A stretch of DNA of 64,000 nucleotides, taken from positions 6,933 to 70,932 of the forward strand of contig CACZLT010000023.1 in the NCBI GenBank assembly GCA_902782185.1. Reading direction: 5' to 3'. The notes under the pieces were generated by a model. That model did no database searches. It was not told where the DNA came from and saw only the letters and a program-made list of their open reading frames with translations. Both the position numbers and the translations under genes were made by a program. The stretch's first letter is position 1, and every line of letters begins with the position of its first letter. This stretch comes from an uncultured Bacteroidota bacterium. Its GTDB lineage: Bacteria > Bacteroidota > Bacteroidia > Bacteroidales > P3. This document shows, in pieces, positions 17,519 to 27,649 of this stretch.

Positions 17519-19342
17519 ATGAAACGAATAACCCCCATACTCACCCTCCTCATGCTCACGGCCTCCGCCTGGGCGCAGGAAATCACCGTCCAGGCCCCCA
17601 AGCAGGTCTACGTGGGCGACAACTTCACCGTCCGATTCGTGGTCAACGACAAAGCCTCCGACTTCCGCGGCCCCACCTTCAAGGGATTCTCCCTCTACTC
17701 CGGCCCCAGCACCTCCTCGTCCTCCAGCATGAGCTTCATCAACGGCCGCACCTCGCACTCCGTCCAAACCTCCTACTCCTACACCCTCATCGCCGACCTC
17801 GAGGGCACCTTCACCGTCGGCCCCGCCACCTGTACCGCCGGCGGACAGAAGCTCTCCTCCCAAAGCTTCACCATCAAAGTCGAAAAACCCACCAAGGCTC
17901 AACAGCAGCAACGCAAACAGCAGCAACAGCAACGCCAGCGGCAAACCTACGACCCCTGGTCCCAACAGCCCCAAGAAGCCTCCTCCATCGACGACAAAAC
18001 ACTCTTCGCCCGCGCCTCCGTCTCTAACCAAAACCCCTACCAGGGCGAACAAATCATCATCACCTACAAAGTCTACTCCCAGATACCCATCCGACAGTAC
18101 GCCATCGACAAACTGCCCGGCAACCGCGGATTCTGGGCCGAAGACCTCTCCTCCGGCCAGCAGCAGATAAAGCAATACGAGCAAACTATCGACGGCCGAC
18201 AGTACATGGTCTTCGAAATCCGCAAGGGAGCCCTCTTCGCCCAGGAAAGCGGCCGCCTTACCATAGACCCCCTCGACCTCAACGTGCTGGCCATGGTACG
18301 CGCCCAACGCCGCCGCACCGGCAGCATCTGGGATCTCTTCGACGACCCCTTCTTCAACGCCGCACAGGCAGTCGAGTACCCCCTCCACTCCCAAAAACTC
18401 ACCGTCAACGTCAAACCCCTGCCCAACCGCCCCGACGACTTCAGCGGCGCCGTGGGCAAGTTCTCCGTCAAAGGCGGCCTCAACCTCGACCGCGTCAAAT
18501 CCAACGAAGCCCTCACCTACCGCCTCACCGTCTCCGGCTCGGGCAACCTCATGCTTCTTACCCCTCCCACCCCCCAGTTCCCCACTTCCTTTGAAGTCTA
18601 CGACCCACAGATAGAGGACAACATCAAGCGCACCGACAACGGCGTCAGCGGCAGCCGCACCTTCGAGTGGGTACTCATCCCCCGCAGCCAAGGCAGATAC
18701 ACCATCCCAGCCTACACATTCACCTACTTCGACCCCTCCACCGCGCAATACACCACCCTCACCGTCGATGCCCAGCAGGTGCAGGTCGACAAAGGCGCCG
18801 CCAGCGCCTCGGCCTACTCGCAGAAAGACGACGTCCGCCTCCTCAACCAGGACATTAACTACATCCACCCCATCGCCAAACTCAAGCCCATACAGACCGA
18901 TGACCACGCCGGCATCGTCTTCTACCTCGCCACCGCCCTGATAGGGCTGCTCACCGCCGCAGCCATCGTCTGGGGACGAAAGCACCAGGCCGCCCGACAA
19001 GATGTGGCCGGCCTGCGACTCAAGCGTGCCACCCGGGAAGCCAAACGCCGCCTTAAGCGCGCCTCCGCCTTCCTCGGCACGGGCAATACCGACCGCTTCT
19101 ACGAGGAAATATACAAGGCCATCTGGGGCTGCCTCGCCGACAAATACAACATCGAGCTCTCGCAACTCAACCGCGACACCGTCGCCGCCTGCCTCGCCGA
19201 CAAGCAGGTACCCGACACACAGCAGCAACGCATCATGAAGGTACTCCAAGATGTCGACATCGCACGCTTCGCCCCCGGCGACGCCGAGGCACAGAAACAG
19301 ACCATATACACCCAGGCACTACTCATGATTGCCGAACTTTAA
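17519..19342 (+). CDS. batD: BatD (oxygen-tolerance protein)
   Basis: It has a signal peptide, the BatD-type N-terminal domain (VGDNFTVRFVVN... repeated later as LTYRLTVSGSGNL), a C-terminal TM helix and a cytoplasmic tail. Confidence 0.85.
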   Translation: MKRITPILTLLMLTASAWAQEITVQAPKQVYVGDNFTVRFVVNDKASDFRGPTFKGFSLYSGPSTSSSSSMSFINGRTSHSVQTSYSYTLIADLEGTFTVGPATCTAGGQKLSSQSFTIKVEKPTKAQQQQRKQQQQQRQRQTYDPWSQQPQEASSIDDKTLFARASVSNQNPYQGEQIIITYKVYSQIPIRQYAIDKLPGNRGFWAEDLSSGQQQIKQYEQTIDGRQYMVFEIRKGALFAQESGRLTIDPLDLNVLAMVRAQRRRTGSIWDLFDDPFFNAAQAVEYPLHSQKLTVNVKPLPNRPDDFSGAVGKFSVKGGLNLDRVKSNEALTYRLTVSGSGNLMLLTPPTPQFPTSFEVYDPQIEDNIKRTDNGVSGSRTFEWVLIPRSQGRYTIPAYTFTYFDPSTAQYTTLTVDAQQVQVDKGAASASAYSQKDDVRLLNQDINYIHPIAKLKPIQTDDHAGIVFYLATALIGLLTAAAIVWGRKHQAARQDVAGLRLKRATREAKRRLKRASAFLGTGNTDRFYEEIYKAIWGCLADKYNIELSQLNRDTVAACLADKQVPDTQQQRIMKVLQDVDIARFAPGDAEAQKQTIYTQALLMIAEL

Positions 19343-19356
19343 ACCTCAGAAAACCC

Positions 19357-20112
19357 ATGAAAAAAACACTCCTCTCCATACTCATCACCTTCTGCACCAC
19401 TCTCGCATGGGGGCAGAACGCAGAGACCCTCGCCCACCAAGCCGACGAACTCTACCGCCAGGGCGACTACCAGGCCGCTGCCGAAAGCTACGAGGCCGCC
19501 CTTGCCCAAGGGAAAACCTCCGCCGACCTGCACTACAACCTCGGCAATGCCTACTACCGCCTTGAACAACTCGGTCCGGCCATTCTCCACTACGAGCGCG
19601 CACTCCGCCTCAAGCCCTCCATGCGCGACGCCAAAGAGAACCTCGCCCTGGCCAACAGCAAGACCCAAGACCGCATCACCGAACTGCCCCGACTCTTCCT
19701 CGTCAACTGGTACAACGCCCTCTGCTCCCACATCACACCCCGCGCCTGGCGCACCGTCTGGCTCCTCCTCCTCGCCATCCTCTCCGCCTCCATCGCCGCA
19801 TTCATCCTTGCCCGCAGCATCCCCCTCCGCAAGGCAACCTTCGCCGCCGCCATTGTCTCGGCCGTTCTCCTGCTCCTAGCCTCATTGCTCCTGCTCTCCT
19901 CCACCCATCGGTTCAACTCCCACCACCAGGCCATCGTCATCCAGCAGGCCATCTCCGTCCGCAACTCCCCCGAGCAGCAAAGCCCCGAAAAACTCATCCT
20001 ACACGAAGGCACCAAGGTAACCATCTCGGAAAGCCTCGCCGGATGGGACAAGATAACCCTCGCCGACGGCACCACCGGCTGGTGCGAAACCAACACCATC
20101 GAACGGATATGA
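19357..20112 (+). CDS. batE: BatE, TPR + SH3 domain protein
   Basis: It has TPR repeats (YRQGDYQAAAESYEAAL, YNLGNAYYRLEQ), two TM helices and a C-terminal SH3-like GTKVTISESLAGWDKITLADGTTGWCE. Confidence 0.8.
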   Translation: MKKTLLSILITFCTTLAWGQNAETLAHQADELYRQGDYQAAAESYEAALAQGKTSADLHYNLGNAYYRLEQLGPAILHYERALRLKPSMRDAKENLALANSKTQDRITELPRLFLVNWYNALCSHITPRAWRTVWLLLLAILSASIAAFILARSIPLRKATFAAAIVSAVLLLLASLLLLSSTHRFNSHHQAIVIQQAISVRNSPEQQSPEKLILHEGTKVTISESLAGWDKITLADGTTGWCETNTIERI

Positions 20113-21398
20113 AACCTCTTACCATACTTCTTCCCCTCATTGCAGCCATCGGTCTTCACGCCCAAACCATACGCTACGAGACCGACGAACAGTGCGGATG
20201 CGACATCATTTTCGTCGACGGAATCGAAACCACCAAAACAACCCTCCCCGACGGAACCACCCTCTACGGCTTCCGACGTGAAGATGGAACCGTCCTGACA
20301 AACAACACCTACAAATACGTAGACCGTTTCCAAGACGGCTACTGCAGAGTATGGATCGACGATAACCTCTGCGGCCTCATCGACACCAACGGACGACAAA
20401 TCGTCCCCTGCCTGTTCAACGATGTCAAGAAACCCTCTGAAAACCGCATCCTCGTCATCAAGGATGGCCTCTGCGGCTATACCAACCTCAATGGACAACT
20501 AGTCATCCCCACCCAATACCCACAAGCCGCCGTCTTCACTGAACAATGCGCCGCAGTTACCATTATCGTCGACTCCGTTTTTTACTTAAGCACTTTCATT
20601 GACACCAACGGAAACCAACTCTTCCCACCCGTCTTCGAAATGACGACCCCATTCAGCAACGGCTATGCCCCTGTCCTCCGCTACAGCCGCTGGGGAATCA
20701 TCGACCACCAAGGCAATGAAGTCCTGCCCACCATCTACGAAGGTCTCACCGCCATCCACAATGGCCTGTTCTTCGCCGGAGACTCCTCCGGACTCGCCCT
20801 GTTCGACCTCTCCATGAAACCCCTCACACCCTTCATCTACCACCCCATATCAACCATCAGCGAAAACCGCATCCCTGTACTCCACAACGGGAAATACGGA
20901 TTCCTCGACCCCAAAGGCCACGAAACCATCCCATGCATCTACGACCACATCGGCATCTTCCAACAAGGACGGGCAATGGCCTGCATCGAAGACAGCTGCG
21001 GCATCATCGACACCAATGGAAACACCATCCTACCGCTCACCTACGAAAACAAACAAGCCCGCTACGGAGCCTACTCTTATAGCGACAACCTCGCCCTCGT
21101 GGAAAAGAACGGCATGTTCGGATACGTCAATCTGCACGGAGAACTCGTCATCAAGCCCTTTTTCAACAACGCATTCTCCTTCAGCCAAGGACTTGCCCCT
21201 GTCAAAACAGGCCATGCATGGGGCTACATAGACACCCTCGGCAACATATTCATCCCCTTTATCTTCGACCACGCATCCCCCTTCCAACACGGCCGGGCAG
21301 AAGTCATCTACAACGGGCAAACCCTTACCATCGACCGCACGGGAAGATGCGTGAAAAACTGCAACGGCATCATTGCATTCAGAGACCCCGAACCATGA
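20109..21398 (+). CDS. WG-repeat (KWG-type) protein
   Basis: The ATG overlaps the batE stop (ATGA) and a signal peptide follows. There are at least 7 repeats of the form (W/C/F)G(L/I/Y)ID..G..V(I/L)P..Y (RWGIIDHQGNEVLPTIY, KYGFLDPKGHETIPCIY, AWGYIDTLGNIFIPFIF). Confidence 0.75.
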   Translation: MKPLTILLPLIAAIGLHAQTIRYETDEQCGCDIIFVDGIETTKTTLPDGTTLYGFRREDGTVLTNNTYKYVDRFQDGYCRVWIDDNLCGLIDTNGRQIVPCLFNDVKKPSENRILVIKDGLCGYTNLNGQLVIPTQYPQAAVFTEQCAAVTIIVDSVFYLSTFIDTNGNQLFPPVFEMTTPFSNGYAPVLRYSRWGIIDHQGNEVLPTIYEGLTAIHNGLFFAGDSSGLALFDLSMKPLTPFIYHPISTISENRIPVLHNGKYGFLDPKGHETIPCIYDHIGIFQQGRAMACIEDSCGIIDTNGNTILPLTYENKQARYGAYSYSDNLALVEKNGMFGYVNLHGELVIKPFFNNAFSFSQGLAPVKTGHAWGYIDTLGNIFIPFIFDHASPFQHGRAEVIYNGQTLTIDRTGRCVKNCNGIIAFRDPEP

Positions 21399-21811
21399 AA
21401 CAACAAGCCATTGCCACACACACCGGAACCATCACCGACATCCAGACCGGAACCGTCACCGTGCAAATCCACACCGTCAGCGCCTGCGCCTCCTGCCAGG
21501 CACATGGAAAATGCACCCTGGCCGACTCCCAGGACAAAACACTCCAAATACCCACCCCACACTGGAAACAATACCACGTAGGCCAACCCATCACCATCCG
21601 CATCAGTCAACAACGCGGCCTCCTCGCCGTAGCGATAGCCTACATCCTCCCCGCATTACTCATCATCGCCGTCGCCACCACACTCTCACTCACCAACGCC
21701 AAAGAAACCACCGTCATACTTGCCACCTTCGCCACCATCGCAACCTACACACTCCTCCTATACCTCCTCCGCCACCGCATCAACAACCAATTCACCCTCG
21801 AAATATGCTAA
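21395..21811 (+). CDS. RseC/MucC family (SoxR-reducing system) membrane protein
   Basis: The ATG overlaps the previous stop (ATGA). GTVTVQIHTVSACASCQAHGKCTL is followed by two TM helices. Confidence 0.7.
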   Translation: MKQQAIATHTGTITDIQTGTVTVQIHTVSACASCQAHGKCTLADSQDKTLQIPTPHWKQYHVGQPITIRISQQRGLLAVAIAYILPALLIIAVATTLSLTNAKETTVILATFATIATYTLLLYLLRHRINNQFTLEIC

Positions 21812-22383
21812 TCCTCGGCATTGACCCCGGCACACTCATCCTCGGCTACAGCCTCCTCGACACCGACGGGTCTCAACCCAAGATAGAAGCCATGGACGTA
21901 CTCTACCTCAAAAAAATACCCGACTTCAACCTCCGCATACGGCGCATATTCGAAACCACCCTCCGCATCATCGACTCCTTCCACCCCGACCACCTTGCCA
22001 TCGAAGCCCCCTTCTTCGGAAAAAACGTCCAGTCCATGCTCAAACTCGGACGGGCTCAAGGAGTCGCCATCGCAGCAGCCATCAGCCGCGACCTCTCCAT
22101 CACAGAATACGAACCCTCCGTCATCAAACAACACATCACCGGCAACGGCAACGCCACCAAGCAGCAAGTCGCCACCATGCTCCAGTCCATACTCAAGTTC
22201 GACACCCACCCCCACTACCTCGACGCCACCGACGCCCTCGCCGTCGCCTACACCTGCCACCTACAACTCACCAACCCCCTCGCCGACCTCCGCAGCCAAC
22301 TCTCACCAAAAAAGAAAAACCATAAACCCGCAAAGAAACAATGGTCCGAATTCATCAACCAAAACCCAGACCGGGTGAACTAA
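21805..22383 (+). CDS. ruvC: crossover junction endodeoxyribonuclease RuvC
   Basis: MLILGIDPGTLILGYSLLD..., LAIEAPFFGKNVQSMLKLGRAQG and TKQQV...DATDALAVAY fit RuvC. The start overlaps the rseC-like stop by 7 nt. Confidence 0.9.
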   Translation: MLILGIDPGTLILGYSLLDTDGSQPKIEAMDVLYLKKIPDFNLRIRRIFETTLRIIDSFHPDHLAIEAPFFGKNVQSMLKLGRAQGVAIAAAISRDLSITEYEPSVIKQHITGNGNATKQQVATMLQSILKFDTHPHYLDATDALAVAYTCHLQLTNPLADLRSQLSPKKKNHKPAKKQWSEFINQNPDRVN

Positions 22384-22421
22384 GAGCTACGAGGTTAGAA
22401 CCAAGAACCAAGCATTTAAAA

Positions 22422-23663
22422 TTGAGAACATCTATCTTGGCTCCTATCTCTAAACTCTTAGTTCTCACCTCTTACCTTTTAGTCCTCGCCTCCTGCCAGC
22501 CCAAGGCCGGCACCCGCCAGTTCGACCCCCTCCGAATAGCCTTCACCGCCACCGCCAGTCCCCTCCTCGACGGACAACTCTATCCCTCACTCATCCTCGC
22601 CACAAACAGCACCGACAACCCCGAACTCCCACCACCCATCACCACCCAGCTCACCTCCCCCCGCGACAACGCCGTCCTCCGCATCGTCATAGACTCCTCA
22701 GCCCTCAACTACGTAACCATGATACAGGAAATACTCCCCCACCGCGGAGAGACATACACACTCATTCCCCAGATCAAGTGGAAATACGAGGCACTGCGCA
22801 ACCTGCGCCAGCCGCGCCCCATCGACATCACCCTCACATGCTACATCAACGACGAGCAGGTCGACATCAAAAACCTCCGCCTCAACGCACGCCCCGTCAA
22901 CGAATGCCCACTCACCCTCCGATCGCCCGACACCCTCGTCGACACACGCTGGCTATTCGCCGCCTACGTCAACGAAGACCACCCCTACATACAGCAGATA
23001 CTCACCGACATACTCGACCACGACCCCACACTCCGCCTCAACGGCTACCAAAGCACCCCCGCAGGAGTGGAACGCCAAGTGCAGGCCGTCTGGCAATACG
23101 CACTGCGACAAGGCATCACCTACGCCTCCATATCATGCACGTCCAACCCCTCCCCAAACGCCAATGTCCAGCACATACGCTTCTTCGACGAAATATACCG
23201 CAACCGCCAGGCCAACTGCATAGACGCCTGCGTATTCTTCGCCTCCATCCTCCGAAAAATCGGCCTCAAACCCGTCATCTTCGTTGAACCCTGCCACGCA
23301 TACCTCGGCTACTACACCGACAAAGACCGCAAAAACATCGCACTCCTCGAAACCACCGTCACCTCCTGGATCAACCTCCCAGACCTCAAGCGGCACCTCA
23401 ACGACGACGGCACCCTACCGCAGGAACAACTGGACAAGGTCAGCCGCTACCTGTCGCCCCCCCAACTGCAGGCATGGGTAGAGGGGCGGATCACCTATCG
23501 GCAGCTCGAGGAAACCCTGGGAGCCAACCTCTTCGAGAAGGCATCGCAATACAACCGCGAGAGCCACCAAGCCAACCGCCGGCACTTTGCCGACCCGGAC
23601 AACATAGCCTACCAGCAGCTCGACATCGAGCTCATGCGCCAGCACGTCCAACCCATCCAGTAG
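22422..23663 (+). CDS. hypothetical lipoprotein with a possible transglutaminase-like Cys-His core
   Basis: An in-frame TTG gives (M)RTSILAPISKLLVLTSYLLVLASCQ, a signal peptide plus lipobox. The ATG at 22341 would add 27 non-signal residues and overlap ruvC. NCIDACVFFASILRKIGLKPVIFVEPCHAYLGYY resembles a transglutaminase-like core. Confidence 0.6.
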   Translation: MRTSILAPISKLLVLTSYLLVLASCQPKAGTRQFDPLRIAFTATASPLLDGQLYPSLILATNSTDNPELPPPITTQLTSPRDNAVLRIVIDSSALNYVTMIQEILPHRGETYTLIPQIKWKYEALRNLRQPRPIDITLTCYINDEQVDIKNLRLNARPVNECPLTLRSPDTLVDTRWLFAAYVNEDHPYIQQILTDILDHDPTLRLNGYQSTPAGVERQVQAVWQYALRQGITYASISCTSNPSPNANVQHIRFFDEIYRNRQANCIDACVFFASILRKIGLKPVIFVEPCHAYLGYYTDKDRKNIALLETTVTSWINLPDLKRHLNDDGTLPQEQLDKVSRYLSPPQLQAWVEGRITYRQLEETLGANLFEKASQYNRESHQANRRHFADPDNIAYQQLDIELMRQHVQPIQ

Positions 23664-23670
23664 CGGCATG

Positions 23671-23740
23671 GACTCCCTAGGTACTCCCTAGATACTCTCT
23701 TAATGAATACATAAACAAAAAACCGCTATGGGTCGATATG
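23671..23740 (+). repeat. interspersed ~70-nt repeat, copy B
   Basis: GACTCCCTAGGTACTCCCTAGATACTCTCTTAATGAATACATAAACAAAAAACCGCTATGGGTCGATATG starts 8 nt after the stop at 23663. Confidence 0.9.
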
Positions 23741-23784
23741 ACACCCTTCCTCCAAAAAAGTGTCCCCGTTTAGAAAAAAAAGCG

Positions 23785-23792
23785 TAATTTTG
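23785..23792 (+). promoter_or_regulatory. -7 box (TAATTTTG) for asd
   Basis: TAnnTTTG match 30 nt upstream of the ATG at 23822. Confidence 0.6.
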
Positions 23793-23821
23793 CACCCGAA
23801 AACCACAACAACACACACAGG

Positions 23822-24835
23822 ATGAAAATAGCAGTCATAGGAGCCACCGGCCTCGTCGGCCGCGAGATGCTTGCCGTGCTCGCCGAACGCGGCTACGGAC
23901 AAGATGAGATTATCGCCGCCGCCTCCGAGCGGTCGGCTGGCAAGGAACTGGAGTTCGCGGGCCGCACCCTCACCGTGCGCACCGTGGAAGAAGCCGTCTC
24001 GGAAAAGCCCGAATACGCCATCTTCTCCGCCGGCGCCGCCGCCTCGCGGCAGTACGCACCAATGTTCGCCGACCGGGGTACCGTCGTCATCGACAATTCG
24101 TCCGCCTGGCGCAAAGACCCCGACGTACCCCTCGTCGTACCCGAAATCAACATCCACGCCGTCGGCGGCCACCACCGCATCATCGCCAACCCCAACTGCT
24201 CGACCATACAGATGGTACTGGCGTTAAGCCCCTTGCAGCGCGAGTACGGCATCCGCCGCATCGTTGTCGCCACCTACCAAAGCATCACCGGCACCGGCCT
24301 CCGGGCCATCCGCCAACTGGAAACCGAGGAACGCGGACAGCAACAACCCGAAACCGAAAAAGCCTACCCACACCCCATCCACCGCAACCTCTTTCCCCAC
24401 GGCGGCGACTTCCTGGAAAACGGATACACCACCGAGGAGCAGAAACTGATCGACGAGACGCGCAAGATATTCGCCGACCCCTCCATCGAGGTCTCCCCCA
24501 CCGTGGTGCGCGTACCCGTGGTGGGCGGCCACAGTGAGGCCGTGAACGTGGAACTGCGGAAAGACTTCGACCTGGCCCACGTGCGCCGCCTGCTGGAAGC
24601 CACCCCCGGTGTCGTCCTGCAAGACCACCCCTCGGCCAACCTCTACCCGATGCCCATCACAGCCCACCGCCGCGACGAAGTGTTCGTCGGCCGCCTGCGC
24701 CGCGACCCGTCGCAGCCCAACACACTGAACCTCTGGGTGGTGGCCGACAACCTGCGCAAAGGCGCGGCCACCAACGCCGTGCAAATCATGCAAGCCCTCA
24801 TCGCCCGGAAAAACCAACAACACCCCACGACATGA
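23822..24835 (+). CDS. asd: aspartate-semialdehyde dehydrogenase
   Basis: It has MKIAVIGATGLVGREML (NAD(P)-binding), the active-site IANPNCSTIQMV, and a C-terminal dimerisation domain. Confidence 0.9.
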   Translation: MKIAVIGATGLVGREMLAVLAERGYGQDEIIAAASERSAGKELEFAGRTLTVRTVEEAVSEKPEYAIFSAGAAASRQYAPMFADRGTVVIDNSSAWRKDPDVPLVVPEINIHAVGGHHRIIANPNCSTIQMVLALSPLQREYGIRRIVVATYQSITGTGLRAIRQLETEERGQQQPETEKAYPHPIHRNLFPHGGDFLENGYTTEEQKLIDETRKIFADPSIEVSPTVVRVPVVGGHSEAVNVELRKDFDLAHVRRLLEATPGVVLQDHPSANLYPMPITAHRRDEVFVGRLRRDPSQPNTLNLWVVADNLRKGAATNAVQIMQALIARKNQQHPTT

Positions 24836-25320
24836 AGACACCGAAAACCGCCGCCCTCACGGCCCTCATCGCCCTTCTCCTCGGCGCCTGCAACCGCCCC
24901 CTGCTCGACGAACAGCGCACCTTCCCCTCCCAGCGGTGGAACCGATTCACCCCGGAAACCTTCGAACTCGACATCAAGAACGCCGACCTGTACTTCAACA
25001 TTGACTTCACCGTGAGCTTCGACACCGCCGCCTACCGCTACGACCGCCTGCCCCTGGTCATCGACATCCGCTCCGCCGACGGCAGCCACCGCCACATGGA
25101 ACCCAAAGTGATGCTGAAAGAGAACGGCCGATGGAAAGGCGAGCAGCAGGGTGCGCTGCGCGTGGTCAAGACCCGTGCCTACAACTGCTTCTCGTTCAAC
25201 CAGCCGGGCCACTACACCTATTCGGTGAAACAAGGCACCTCACAATACGACCTCGAAGGCATCCACTCGCTGCACATCACCATCACCCCCGCCAAACTCG
25301 ACTTCGACAACCTGCGCTAG
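24832..25320 (+). CDS. small lipoprotein, GldH-like
   Basis: The ATG overlaps the asd stop (ATGA) and the lipobox is LLLGAC. Size and pattern (W.RF....F.L......YF.I........Y.Y..L.L) resemble gliding/T9SS-associated GldH. The family assignment is from memory only. Confidence 0.45.
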   Translation: MKTPKTAALTALIALLLGACNRPLLDEQRTFPSQRWNRFTPETFELDIKNADLYFNIDFTVSFDTAAYRYDRLPLVIDIRSADGSHRHMEPKVMLKENGRWKGEQQGALRVVKTRAYNCFSFNQPGHYTYSVKQGTSQYDLEGIHSLHITITPAKLDFDNLR

Positions 25321-25322
25321 CG

Positions 25323-27149
25323 ATGATCGACCCCGGCATCAACCCCCACATCGAGCGCATCGCGCTGAAACTGAAAACCCTGCCCGAAACCCCGGGCGTG
25401 TACCAGCACCTCGACGCCGAAGGCAGGGTCATCTACGTGGGCAAGGCGCGCAACCTGCGGGCGCGCGTGAGCAGCTACTTCTCGCACTACGAGGACAAAA
25501 GTGCGAAAATCAAGATGCTGGTGCGCCACATCGCCGACACACGTGTAACGGTGGTACCCACCGAGGTGGACGCACTGCTGCTGGAGAACTCGCTCATCAA
25601 GCAGTACCAGCCGCGCTACAACTCGCTGCTGAAAGACGACAAGTCGTACCCCTGGCTGCTCATCACCGACGAACCCTACCCCCGCCTGCTCTACGTGCGC
25701 CGCCACCCCGGCCTGCCCACCGGACAGTTCTTCGGCCCCTACCCCAACGGAACCGTACTGCGACAACTGCAGGACATCATCCGCAGCCTCTTCCAGTACC
25801 GCACCTGCAACACCATGGGGAAACGCCCCTGCATGAAGCACCAGATAGGACTCTGCGGAGCCCCCTGCGCCGGCAGGCAGAACCGCGAGGACTACCTGGC
25901 CACCATCGACAACATACGGCGCATCCTGCGGGGCGACTTCGACGACATCCAGGCCGACCTCCGCCGCCAGATGCTCGCCCTGGCCTCCGAACTGCGATTC
26001 GAGGAGGCCGAGACCGTCAAGCGCAAGCTGCACCTGCTGGAAGAGTACCAGAGCCGCTCCACCGTCGTCGGCGCCAACGTGAAGGACGTCGACGTGTGCA
26101 CCATCGCCAGCGACGAGCGGCTGGCCTGGATCAACTTCATGCGCATCCGCAACGGTGCCATAGTCCACAGCTTCAGCCATGAAGTGAAAAAGCAACTCGA
26201 CGAAAGCGACGGAGAAATCCTCTCCACCGTCATACCCGAACTGCGCACCCAAACCCTCTCCACCGCCCACGAAATCATCCTCGCCGCACCGGTGGAGGAA
26301 CTGCCTGCCGACTACCTGCGCCAAAACACCGCCCCCCGAGGCGACCGCCGCAAACTTCTCGAACTGTCGCAGCGCAACGTGGAGAGCTACCGCAAGCAGT
26401 GCCTCCACCAGCGCACCCTCACCCAGGGCGACGCCGCCCCCCAGGCCCTCAAACTCCTGGAACGCCTGCAACACGCCCTGCAACTGCCCACCCTACCGAT
26501 GGAAATCGAGTGCTTCGACAACTCGAACCTCCAGGGAGCCTACCCCGTGGCCGGCATGGTGCGCTTCAGCGCCGGCAAACCCAACCGCAAGGAATACCGC
26601 AAGTTCACCATCAAGACCGTGGAAGGCTCCGACGACTACGCCTCGATGGCCGAAGTCATCGAGCGACGCTACAGCCGCCTCTCGTCCGAAGGGAATCCGC
26701 TGCCCGACCTCCTCGTGGTCGACGGCGGCACGGGACAGATGGAAATGGCGCGGCGTGTGCTGCACGAGCGGCTGCAGCTGGCGATACCCATCGCCGGACT
26801 GGCCAAGGACGACCGCCACCGCACCAACGAACTGCTCTACGGATTCCCGCCCAAGGTGGTGGGACTCAAGCCCACCGACCCCCTGTTCCACCTGCTGGAG
26901 CAAATCCAGAACGAGGTGCACCGCTTCGCCGTCAGCTTCCACAAGGACAAGCGATCCAAAGGCACCTTCCGCACCTCGCTGACCGACATCCCCGGCATCG
27001 GCCAAAAGACCGCCCACCAGCTGCTGTTGCGCTACGGCTCGGTGAAGCAGGTGTCGCTCCAGACCCTCGACGACCTCGCCGCCGCCATCGGCACGGCCAA
27101 GGCGAGCCTGGTCTACGCCCACCTCCACCCCGACGAGGCGCAGGACTAG
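25323..27149 (+). CDS. uvrC: excinuclease ABC subunit C
   Basis: It has the GIY-YIG motif PGVYQHLDAEGRVIYVGKARNLRARVSSYF, a UVR domain, an endonuclease V-like domain and a C-terminal HhH (IPGIGQKTAHQLL). The start was moved to ATG 25323. Confidence 0.95.
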   Translation: MIDPGINPHIERIALKLKTLPETPGVYQHLDAEGRVIYVGKARNLRARVSSYFSHYEDKSAKIKMLVRHIADTRVTVVPTEVDALLLENSLIKQYQPRYNSLLKDDKSYPWLLITDEPYPRLLYVRRHPGLPTGQFFGPYPNGTVLRQLQDIIRSLFQYRTCNTMGKRPCMKHQIGLCGAPCAGRQNREDYLATIDNIRRILRGDFDDIQADLRRQMLALASELRFEEAETVKRKLHLLEEYQSRSTVVGANVKDVDVCTIASDERLAWINFMRIRNGAIVHSFSHEVKKQLDESDGEILSTVIPELRTQTLSTAHEIILAAPVEELPADYLRQNTAPRGDRRKLLELSQRNVESYRKQCLHQRTLTQGDAAPQALKLLERLQHALQLPTLPMEIECFDNSNLQGAYPVAGMVRFSAGKPNRKEYRKFTIKTVEGSDDYASMAEVIERRYSRLSSEGNPLPDLLVVDGGTGQMEMARRVLHERLQLAIPIAGLAKDDRHRTNELLYGFPPKVVGLKPTDPLFHLLEQIQNEVHRFAVSFHKDKRSKGTFRTSLTDIPGIGQKTAHQLLLRYGSVKQVSLQTLDDLAAAIGTAKASLVYAHLHPDEAQD

Positions 27150-27586
27150 AACCAGCCCGTGAGGCCCAGCAAGTAGGTGGTAACCACATAGCGCAGGAAC
27201 TTGCCTATGAACATGATAAGCATTGTCCACCAAGGATTGAGTCGCATAAACCCCATGGCGATGGCCAAGGGATCGCCGACGATGGGGAGCCATGTGAGCA
27301 GGGCGGCCCACTCGCCGTAGCGCTCGATGCGGGCACGGAAGCGCTCAATTTTCTCACGTTTCACTTTGAACCACCGCTCAAGCCACTCCCACTTGCAGAG
27401 CCAGCCCATGTAAAAGCTAATCATGCCGCCAGCGGTGTTGCCCAGGGTGGCCACCACCACGATGACCCAGCCGGGGTAGCCCAGCAGCAAGGCTCCTGCC
27501 ACAATCGCCTCCGACGAGAAAGGCACCACGGTGGCCGACAGCAGGCAGGCTAGGAAAAGGCCGAAAAGTCCCAATTGCTCCAACAT
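27146..27586 (-). CDS. YqaA/DedA-related membrane protein
   Basis: MLEQLGLFGLFLACLLSATVVPFSSEAIVAGALLLGYP...GNTAGGMISFYMG. The start was moved to ATG 27586. Its stop shares the CTAG at 27146-27149 with the uvrC stop. Confidence 0.75.
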   Translation of the reverse strand: MLEQLGLFGLFLACLLSATVVPFSSEAIVAGALLLGYPGWVIVVVATLGNTAGGMISFYMGWLCKWEWLERWFKVKREKIERFRARIERYGEWAALLTWLPIVGDPLAIAMGFMRLNPWWTMLIMFIGKFLRYVVTTYLLGLTGWF

Positions 27587-27649
27587 ACACCATCTGTTCT
27601 GCAATATTTGTGCCAACAATGGCACTAAAATTGCAGGAGATAGGGTAGG

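Noticed and set aside
17453-19249. A 598-aa minus-strand ORF opposite batD. Similar long antisense ORFs include 55620..57407 (ftsH), 50659..52176 and 52177..53112 (C25), 25317..26483 (uvrC), 8219..9166 and 10661..11548 (propeller gene), 14881..15945 (batA/B), 7230..8018 (tyrS), 63064..63621 (folP) and 28803..29528 (DUF456).
   Set aside because: These are G/A/V/E/D- or R/P-rich low-information translations typical of stop-poor antisense frames in high-GC3 genes. Each lies opposite a confidently identified gene.
26399-27553. A 384-aa plus-strand ORF rich in R/P/G that overlaps the uvrC 3' half and the yqaA-like gene
   Set aside because: Its composition is an alternate-frame artefact (RRRPPGPQTPGTPATRP...), and both overlapped genes are confidently assigned.
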